A stretch of 64,000 bases of DNA from an uncultured Actinomycetota bacterium (GTDB lineage Bacteria; Actinomycetota; Aquicultoria; JACQXZ01; CAYGBL01), in the NCBI GenBank assembly GCA_964348135.1, contig CAYGBL010000002.1, positions 41,048 to 105,047 of the forward strand, read 5' to 3'. Below, in pieces: positions 58,076 through 64,000 of this stretch (the first letter of the stretch is position 1; the number at the start of each line of letters is the position of its first letter). Below the pieces are notes generated by a model. The model was not told the DNA's origin and did not search any database. It was given only the letters and a program-made list of their open reading frames with translations. Position numbers and translations under genes: made by a program.

Positions 58076-58759
58076 TCAGGATTCACTGCTGCGCGCGGGC
58101 ATTCTTCCCAGCATGATATCTCTTAACCGCTGCTCCTTATCTATCCCTGTAAGAGCAATCACTCCGTCGCCAGGATGCAGATCTGTGTTTCCTCTTGGTA
58201 TGATAACCTCATCATCCCTAACAAGAGCCACCAGAACACAATCACGCGGGAGTCCCAAGTCCTTGATCTTTTTGTTGCAGACTATACATCTATCAGTAGG
58301 TAATTCTACTTCTACAAGGGCTAATTTCCCCTTCCGTAGAGCCTGAAGAGTGATGATATCACCAATGCTTGACTCTTCTTCTATCAATTTAGCAATAATG
58401 GTAGTGCTGCTTATTCCGTCAACACCAAGCTCATGAAAGATGCGCTCATTTCTAGGGTTATTAATCCGCGCAACCGATCTTGGTACGCTATAATTGACTA
58501 CCGCCAGCTGACACGCAACCAGGTTGTCATCATCGTCTCCGGTAACGGCAGCGAAAACATTGGCGCGGTCAATCCCAGCATCTTCCAGGTATTTAGCGTC
58601 ACAGGCATCTCCGTTTATGACCAAAATCTTTTTATTTTCCGCAAGTTTTTCACATTTCTCCAAATTTCTCTCAATAACCGCAACATCATGCCCTCTGGAA
58701 GAAAAAGTAGTAGCTAGAAACTGACCAACTTTGCCACCACCTGCGATAATTATATACAT
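58076..58759 (-). CDS. TrkA/KtrA-type RCK (NAD-binding) subunit of K+ uptake system
   Basis: IIIAGGGKVG is a Rossmann motif. A C-terminal RCK_C domain is present. Confidence 0.85.
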   Translation of the reverse strand: MYIIIAGGGKVGQFLATTFSSRGHDVAVIERNLEKCEKLAENKKILVINGDACDAKYLEDAGIDRANVFAAVTGDDDDNLVACQLAVVNYSVPRSVARINNPRNERIFHELGVDGISSTTIIAKLIEEESSIGDIITLQALRKGKLALVEVELPTDRCIVCNKKIKDLGLPRDCVLVALVRDDEVIIPRGNTDLHPGDGVIALTGIDKEQRLRDIMLGRMPARSSES

Positions 58760-58776
58760 ACAAACTCCTCCTTCTA

Positions 58777-59448
58777 TTATCCTCTAAAGCAGGTTTCAGC
58801 CGCTAGACCCAGGTGTTCCCCAGCTTTCTCCAAGCTGGTAACCTTTACGGCTGCAATTAGGAGATCGTCAGCTTCAATTTCAGTCTCTTCTCTAGGAACA
58901 AGGACAATGCTATCTCGAATCAGAGAGGATATTCTCATCTCTCCTGGTATTTCTATCTCTGAAATACTTTTACCAACAATCTTTTCCCCTGCACGGAACT
59001 CAACAACCTCAACGTCGTTTTTCCCCAAAGTAAGGTGGCTGGTAAAATGGCTCTGCAGAATTTTATTTCTAATTTTGTTCGCAACTATGGTTGTACCGCA
59101 AATTACCTCCAGCCCTAATTTTTCGTAGGTCGGTGCTCTTTCGGGATTATAGAGTCTCGCAATTACTCTGGGGACCTTAAATATTCGCTTAGCCACTTGA
59201 GCTGCCATAATATTTGTGTTATCAAGATCAGTAAGTGCAGCAAAGGCATCTGCATTTTCAATTCCAGCTTCCCGAAGCACTGTTTCATCAAAACCATTAC
59301 CGACAATTGTTAACCCATTAAACGCAGTACCAAGACGCCTGAATGCCCTTGGTTCAACATCGATAATAACTACGTTGTGGCCCTCACCGGAAAGAAGGGT
59401 AGCAAGCTGTGATCCTACCCTGCCACATCCCACTATCACAATAAACAT
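58777..59448 (-). CDS. Second TrkA/KtrA-type RCK subunit
   Basis: IVIVGCGRVGSQLA is a Rossmann motif. It is a paralogue of the previous gene. Confidence 0.85.
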   Translation of the reverse strand: MFIVIVGCGRVGSQLATLLSGEGHNVVIIDVEPRAFRRLGTAFNGLTIVGNGFDETVLREAGIENADAFAALTDLDNTNIMAAQVAKRIFKVPRVIARLYNPERAPTYEKLGLEVICGTTIVANKIRNKILQSHFTSHLTLGKNDVEVVEFRAGEKIVGKSISEIEIPGEMRISSLIRDSIVLVPREETEIEADDLLIAAVKVTSLEKAGEHLGLAAETCFRG

Positions 59449-59833
59449 ATCTATCCGCCTCCCTGGAATGCAAAAGACCTTTATCCCAATTGAGCAAATA
59501 TTTAGGCTTTCAGTGGATAAAGGCCGTTTACCTTTTCATATAAACAATCTTCCTGGATCAGTTGGAAAAATTCTTTGCTAATCTAGGGTATCATAGTACT
59601 CTGTATTTACGCTGTCAATAACCTAAAGTCACTAAATACGCTTATGAAATTTTAAACAATGACTGGTGACTCATTTCAAGGTTTATCATATTCTTGCTAT
59701 CTCCTCGTAAAAATGGTTTTGCTTCTCTTGAGAAGGCTCTTTCATCTGGTAATGTTTAACAAATATGAATGGCATAAACCCACTGTTATGTTAGATTCTT
59801 AATATTTTTTGATACTTTGTGATATTTTTTTCA

Positions 59834-59862
59834 TTGACTATAGATGCCAAAAGTCCTAAAAT
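59834..59862 (+). promoter_or_regulatory. Sigma-A-type promoter (TTGACT-17-TAAAAT) driving the M-box leader
   Basis: The -35 TTGACT at 59834-59839, a 17-nt spacer, and the -10 TAAAAT at 59857-59862. Confidence 0.6.
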
Positions 59863-59879
59863 TATGCAGACAAACCAAT

Positions 59880-60100
59880 ATCCGTTAGGTGAGGCAACTG
59901 CTTGAACATAGGCCACTGCCCGGAAATGTCTAAAGACGCCAATGGGTAGAACAGGTATTACCGGCTTAAGGTTTTACCTAAAGTGGCTCCCCACCAGAGT
60001 TGGGGTTACGTCATGTAGTGTCAAAGCTAAACGAGGGAGGAAGATAAAACAAAATATTACTTATCCTTAACCTTTCCTCGGAAAGGTTTTCTTTTTGTAA
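59880..60100 (+). promoter_or_regulatory. M-box (ykoK leader) Mg2+ riboswitch with intrinsic terminator expression platform
   Basis: GTTAGGTGAGGC...CTGCCC..AAATGTCTAAAGACGCCAATGGGT..AACAG...TAAGGT...AGTG.CAAAGCTAAACGA matches the conserved M-box blocks of the B. subtilis mgtE leader. A terminator (CCTTTCC-TC-GGAAAGG plus TTTTCTTTTTG) lies at 60071-60097, just before the mgtE SD site. Confidence 0.85.
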
Positions 60101-60113
60101 GGAGGTGAAAATA

Positions 60114-61916
60114 ATGCGTGTTTACTTGACCCAATTGCTAAATAAGCCCGTTTTTGATTGCGAAGCCAGGTTTCTTGGAAAGATAAGCGATATAGCCGTA
60201 ACCACTGGCGAGATCTTTCCCCGAGCATCCAGTATAGCTCTTGCTAAGGATAAAGAACCTTTTATGCTTTCCTGGACCTTTGTTAAAGCATTCGATGCCG
60301 AACATATTGAGCTAAGTGCGAAGCAAAACGAGCTCAAACTCACTTTTTTACAGCCTAATGAAATTCTTCTTAGCCGTGACCTTCTAGATAAACAAATAGT
60401 AGATACACAAGGATTAAAGGTCGTAAGAGTTAATGATCTTAAGCTTACTCAAAGCGATAGTGAGCTTCGTCTTTTAGGTGCTGATGTTGGAGCTAGGGGA
60501 GTCCTGAGACGTTTGGGGCTAGAGAGGGCAGTTGATTTTCTGTCAAGACCGTTCAGATTTAGGCTTCCTGAAAATTTGATAGCCTGGAATTATATAGACC
60601 TTCTGGAAAAGGATTTATCAGCGGTTAAGCTCTCCGTCAGCCATAAAAGATTAAATGAACTCCATCCTGCTGACATTGCTGACATTCTAATTCAGCTTGA
60701 TCAGGTACAAAGAACCAAAGTTTTCCAATATCTTGACAATATCAGGGCCGCTGATGCCATTACAGAGAGTGAACCCGATCTCCAGAGTAGCTTGTTTGAA
60801 AGTTTAGACAATGAACGCGCTTCTGACATCTTGGAGGTTATGCCTCCTGATGACGCTGCTGATATTATCGCCGGGCTTCCCTATGAAAAGGCTCAGATTC
60901 TGTTAAATCTGATGGGAGTAAAAGAGGCTTCAGACATTCGCAAACTGCTTGGATATAAAGAAAATACAGCAGGTGGAATCATGACTACCGACTATATTAC
61001 AACCAAAAATAGTCAAACTGTTGAGGACACAATAAAAAGATTAAGAAGCTTAGCTCCTGACCCTGAAACAGTATCATATGTATATGTGGTAGATGACAAC
61101 AATGTACTAACTGGAGTTCTTCCTTTAAGAGACCTTGTAATGGCTTCAGCTGAGACTCGGGTAAGTGCAATTATGATTCCAGAAATTATTAAAGTAAGTG
61201 TAGACGATGATCAGGAAGAGGTAGCTAACAAGATTAGCAAATATGACCTATTGGCAGTCCCAGTGGTCGACGAACAAGAACACCTTATGGGAATAGTAAC
61301 TGTTGACGACGTACTGGAAGTTATGGAAAAAGAGAGTGTAGAAGACATCTCGATTCTAGCTGGAACACCCTCTCTTGCTCTCAAAACAAAACCAGCGGTT
61401 TCCCTAATCCAGCGCTCCGGGTGGTTAGTTATTCTTCTATTGGCTGGCGCCATCACCGGCACTATTCTCAAAGCATATTCACAGCTTCTTCAGTCTATGA
61501 TAGCCCTTGCTTTCTTCATTCCTTTAATTATCCGTCTTGGCGACGATATAAGCATCCAATCCATTGCGCTTATGCTTCAGGCGATAAAGACGGGAGAGGT
61601 TAACCGGTACCAGATTTTAAAGAAAACACTCGGTGATATAGAAGTTGGAGTCTTTATCGGCGTTATTTCAGGAATAGTAGTTTGGGTGCTCACTCTTCTG
61701 TGGAAACTCCGCCCTGATTTAGGTGCAATAATCGGTGTATCTTTAGCAGTAACCGCAGCCTGTGCTTCAATTATTGGCACACTGATTCCAATTATCCTGA
61801 ACAGATTTAACATTGACCCATCCTCCAACTGGGGCCCGGCAATCACTACTTTTGTAGGAGCACTAGGTCTCTTAATTTATTTAGGAATTGCAGCACTCTT
61901 TCAATATAGTTTCTAG
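60114..61916 (+). CDS. mgtE: Magnesium transporter MgtE with N-terminal PRC-barrel-like extension
   Basis: The SD site AAGGAGG lies 8 nt before the ATG. The sequence has MgtE_N and tandem CBS domains (VYVVDDNNVLTGVLPLRDLV, LLAVPVVDEQEHLMGIVTVDDV) and five C-terminal TM helices. An extra roughly 150-aa N-terminus resembles the PRC-barrel proteins in this window. Confidence 0.85.
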   Translation: MRVYLTQLLNKPVFDCEARFLGKISDIAVTTGEIFPRASSIALAKDKEPFMLSWTFVKAFDAEHIELSAKQNELKLTFLQPNEILLSRDLLDKQIVDTQGLKVVRVNDLKLTQSDSELRLLGADVGARGVLRRLGLERAVDFLSRPFRFRLPENLIAWNYIDLLEKDLSAVKLSVSHKRLNELHPADIADILIQLDQVQRTKVFQYLDNIRAADAITESEPDLQSSLFESLDNERASDILEVMPPDDAADIIAGLPYEKAQILLNLMGVKEASDIRKLLGYKENTAGGIMTTDYITTKNSQTVEDTIKRLRSLAPDPETVSYVYVVDDNNVLTGVLPLRDLVMASAETRVSAIMIPEIIKVSVDDDQEEVANKISKYDLLAVPVVDEQEHLMGIVTVDDVLEVMEKESVEDISILAGTPSLALKTKPAVSLIQRSGWLVILLLAGAITGTILKAYSQLLQSMIALAFFIPLIIRLGDDISIQSIALMLQAIKTGEVNRYQILKKTLGDIEVGVFIGVISGIVVWVLTLLWKLRPDLGAIIGVSLAVTAACASIIGTLIPIILNRFNIDPSSNWGPAITTFVGALGLLIYLGIAALFQYSF

Positions 61917-61925
61917 GAGTGAACG

Positions 61926-63170
61926 ATGATTGCTGCCTTGAAGAAAAGAAAACCATTTCTCTACTTAGGAATCCTGGGGCCCGGGATTATCACTGCCTTC
62001 GCGGACAATGATGCAGGGGGTATTACTACTTACTCAATTGCTGGAGCGCACTATGGTTATCAATTGCTGTGGCTTCTCTTTCTGATTACTTTTAGTCTTG
62101 TAATTATTCAAGAAATGGCAGCAAGAATGGGTACGGTAACTAACAAAGGATTGGCTGCTCTCATTCGAGAACAGTTCGGACTTAAGCTCACGATGTTCTG
62201 TATGATCGCTTTGCTCATTGCGAATGTAGCAACTACGGCATCCAATTTTGCAGGAATTACTGCGAGTTTGGAGATTTTGGGTATTGCAAGATATATCGGA
62301 CTTCCTATCATGGTACTAATCGTATGGTTGTTAGTGGTTCGTGGTTCATATAAAAGTGTGGAGAAGGTTTTTCTTGTCCTCTGTCTTGCCTATTTTAGCT
62401 ATGTTGCTACCGGTTTTATCGTCAATGTGGATTGGCCCCAAGCTCTACGGTATACACTTATCCCTAGCTTCAAATGGGATCTTGATTTTATTCTTATCTC
62501 TATTGCTCTCGTCGGCACGACTGTTACGCCGTGGATGCAATTTTTTATTCAGGCAAGTGTAGTAGATAAAGGTGTAAAAATTGACAAGTATCCATACCAA
62601 CGAGCTGACGTTGTGGTTGGATCTTTCTTTACTGATTTTATTGCATACTTCATTATTATATGTACTGCAGCGACTCTTTTTCAGGCAGGCATTACTATCA
62701 ACTCCGCTGAAGACGCTGCATTGGCCTTAAGACCCCTGGCAGGTCGTTATGCTGAACTTCTCTTTGTAGCAGGATTTTTTAACGCTTCGACTTTGGCTGC
62801 TTTTATTCTTCCTCTTTCAACTTCTTATGCTATCTGTGAGGCCTTCGGTTGGGAGGCTGGAATTGATAGATCTTTTAATGAAGCCCCAATGTTTATTATT
62901 ATTTACACATTTTCCATAATTGTTGGTGCCTTTATTGTGCTAATCCCAAAGATATCACTCATCTCAGTGATGCTTCTTGCTCAGGATGTTAATGGAATCC
63001 TTCTCCCTATCATTCTTATATTTATGTTGCTCATAATTAACGATAAATCAGTAATGGGTAACTATACTAACAGTTTTCTATTTAATATAGTTGCCTGGGC
63101 AACAGCGATATTTGTAATAATCCTGACTTTGCTACTTCTTATATTTTCTATAATTCCTTTATTTGGCTAG
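61926..63170 (+). CDS. mntH: Nramp-family divalent metal (Mn2+/Fe2+) transporter
   Basis: GPGIITAFADNDAGGITTYS contains the DPGN-like motif. About 11 TM helices are predicted. Confidence 0.85.
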   Translation: MIAALKKRKPFLYLGILGPGIITAFADNDAGGITTYSIAGAHYGYQLLWLLFLITFSLVIIQEMAARMGTVTNKGLAALIREQFGLKLTMFCMIALLIANVATTASNFAGITASLEILGIARYIGLPIMVLIVWLLVVRGSYKSVEKVFLVLCLAYFSYVATGFIVNVDWPQALRYTLIPSFKWDLDFILISIALVGTTVTPWMQFFIQASVVDKGVKIDKYPYQRADVVVGSFFTDFIAYFIIICTAATLFQAGITINSAEDAALALRPLAGRYAELLFVAGFFNASTLAAFILPLSTSYAICEAFGWEAGIDRSFNEAPMFIIIYTFSIIVGAFIVLIPKISLISVMLLAQDVNGILLPIILIFMLLIINDKSVMGNYTNSFLFNIVAWATAIFVIILTLLLLIFSIIPLFG

Positions 63171-63180
63171 GTGATAGTAT

Positions 63181-63768
63181 ATGCGTTTTACTGAAAAACT
63201 TATTAGGCTTCCTATCTTCGACAATCAGAACGACCGTATAGGCCATGTACACGACCTAGGAATTCAAAGGTCCCCAGGCTACCCCAAAATAAACTGCTTG
63301 GCTATAATGCTTTATGAAGTAGAAAATATTGCCGGCTACACGCTTTTAGAAGCTGCTCAAAATATTGTAGTAGCAGTAAGCTGGGAAGAAGTGGCCAAAC
63401 TTACCTCAGAAGACCTACTGCTTAAGAAACCTTGGAATAAAACCAAGCTTTATACGTGGAGCAAGGAAGAAGTCTTTTTGGGTAGAGACCTTCTTAACGT
63501 CCAGGTCGTAGATAATAAGGGATACCGGATACAACGTGTCGATGATCTTATCTTAGAGCTAAGGGACACTAACCTCTTCCTCGCAGGTATCTACACAGGA
63601 GTGGGAAGCAGACTCTCCCGCTTTAATCTGGCAAAAGCCAGTGAACATCTATTAAAGACCTTTGACATTAAGATTCATGAACATTTAATACCGTGGACCT
63701 CAGTTAAAACTTACGGCCCTGAATATGACGAGATAACGCTAAATGTGGGAGTCAAAGAAAGGAAATGA
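63181..63768 (+). CDS. PRC-barrel-like hypothetical protein
   Basis: DLLNVQVVDNKGYRIQRVDDLIL resembles the mgtE N-terminal segment LLDKQIVDTQGLKVVRVNDLKL. Confidence 0.5.
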   Translation: MRFTEKLIRLPIFDNQNDRIGHVHDLGIQRSPGYPKINCLAIMLYEVENIAGYTLLEAAQNIVVAVSWEEVAKLTSEDLLLKKPWNKTKLYTWSKEEVFLGRDLLNVQVVDNKGYRIQRVDDLILELRDTNLFLAGIYTGVGSRLSRFNLAKASEHLLKTFDIKIHEHLIPWTSVKTYGPEYDEITLNVGVKERK

Positions 63769-64000
63769 AAGAAAAAATAGAATTGCGAAGTAGAATCCTT
63801 GCTGCACGTGATCTCCTATCATCGGAAGAACGAGCTAAAAAAAGCCTTCAAATCAAATCACAACTAACGCCGCTTTCAGAATATCAGAAAGCCAAAACCA
63901 TCATGTTTTACTTTTCCTTCGGTAGCGAAGTAGAAACCATTACGTTAATCAAGGAAGCAATGTCTCAAGGAAAAGTCGTAGCGTTACCCCTAACTGTACC
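63765..64000 (+). CDS. 5-formyltetrahydrofolate cyclo-ligase (MTHFS), N-terminal part (continues past window end)
   Basis: KEKIELRSRILAARDLLSSEER...IMFYFSFGSEVETITLIKEAMSQGKVVALP matches the MTHFS N-terminal pattern. The start overlaps the upstream stop in an ATGA arrangement. Confidence 0.7.
   Translation, partial: MKEKIELRSRILAARDLLSSEERAKKSLQIKSQLTPLSEYQKAKTIMFYFSFGSEVETITLIKEAMSQGKVVALPLTV

Overview
This 64-kb window looks like a chromosomal segment from a low-GC Gram-positive bacterium, probably a Firmicutes or Clostridia-like anaerobe. The evidence for that placement is an LPXTG surface protein, a SigH orthologue, an XrtG-type exosortase, NfnAB, and BadF/HgdC-type activases. Gene density is high and most ORFs have SD-like sites. 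The main blocks, from left to right, are as follows.

- **1 to 2.5 kb:** the ychF 5' end, a DUF951 gene, and the UPF0237 (ACT) / UPF0210 gene pair.
- **2.5 to 3.9 kb:** a secreted S1 serine protease, with a small stand-alone paralogue of its N-terminal domain next to it.
- **4.1 to 10 kb:** a c-di-GMP / two-component module. A degenerate GGDEF-EAL gene, a REC-only response regulator, and a TM-GAF-PAS histidine kinase sit on one side; a GGDEF-EAL gene with an intact EAL domain sits on the other.
- **10.2 to 15.3 kb:** an exosortase-G locus. It contains an excisionase-type HTH gene, a secreted protein whose C-terminus has a motif-TM-basic tail, xrtG, the XrtG-associated multi-TM GT2 glycosyltransferase, and a PRC-barrel protein.
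- **15.3 to 30.8 kb:** a large glycan-modification locus. It holds a GT-C membrane transferase, two GT2 genes, a GT4, a GtrB-like polyprenyl-phosphate GT2, wecB, an NAD-dependent epimerase, a SAM methyltransferase, a CE4 deacetylase, a FemAB-like acyltransferase, and two B12-binding radical SAM genes.
- **30.8 to 37.6 kb:** nfnAB, a BadF/HgdC-type activase with two dehydratase-like subunits, and apbE.
- **37.6 to 40.2 kb:** a CAP-domain protein and an LPXTG surface protein carrying a 22-proline tract.
- **40.2 to 41.6 kb:** a 1.3-kb AT-rich spacer.
- **41.6 to 49 kb:** a heat-shock operon in the order dnaK, hsp20, grpE, dnaJ, hspR, clpB. No CIRCE element is present, and a HAIR-like inverted repeat overlaps the dnaK promoter.
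- **49.3 to 54.2 kb:** a GGDEF cyclase, sigH, a frameshifted htrA, and a pair of homologous hairpin-forming repeats.
- **54.5 to 59.5 kb:** a small basic ORF, tRNA-Gly(CCC), and a Trk/Ktr potassium-uptake cluster that includes a decayed partial tandem duplicate.
- **59.8 to 64 kb:** an M-box riboswitch ahead of a PRC-barrel-fused mgtE, an Nramp gene, another PRC-barrel protein, and the start of an MTHFS gene.

The most novel-looking content is the XrtG locus with a candidate cargo protein, and the neighbouring glycan locus. That glycan locus combines PEP-CTERM-locus-type deacetylase and FemAB genes with two cobalamin radical SAM enzymes, one of which has a CX3CX3C cysteine motif.
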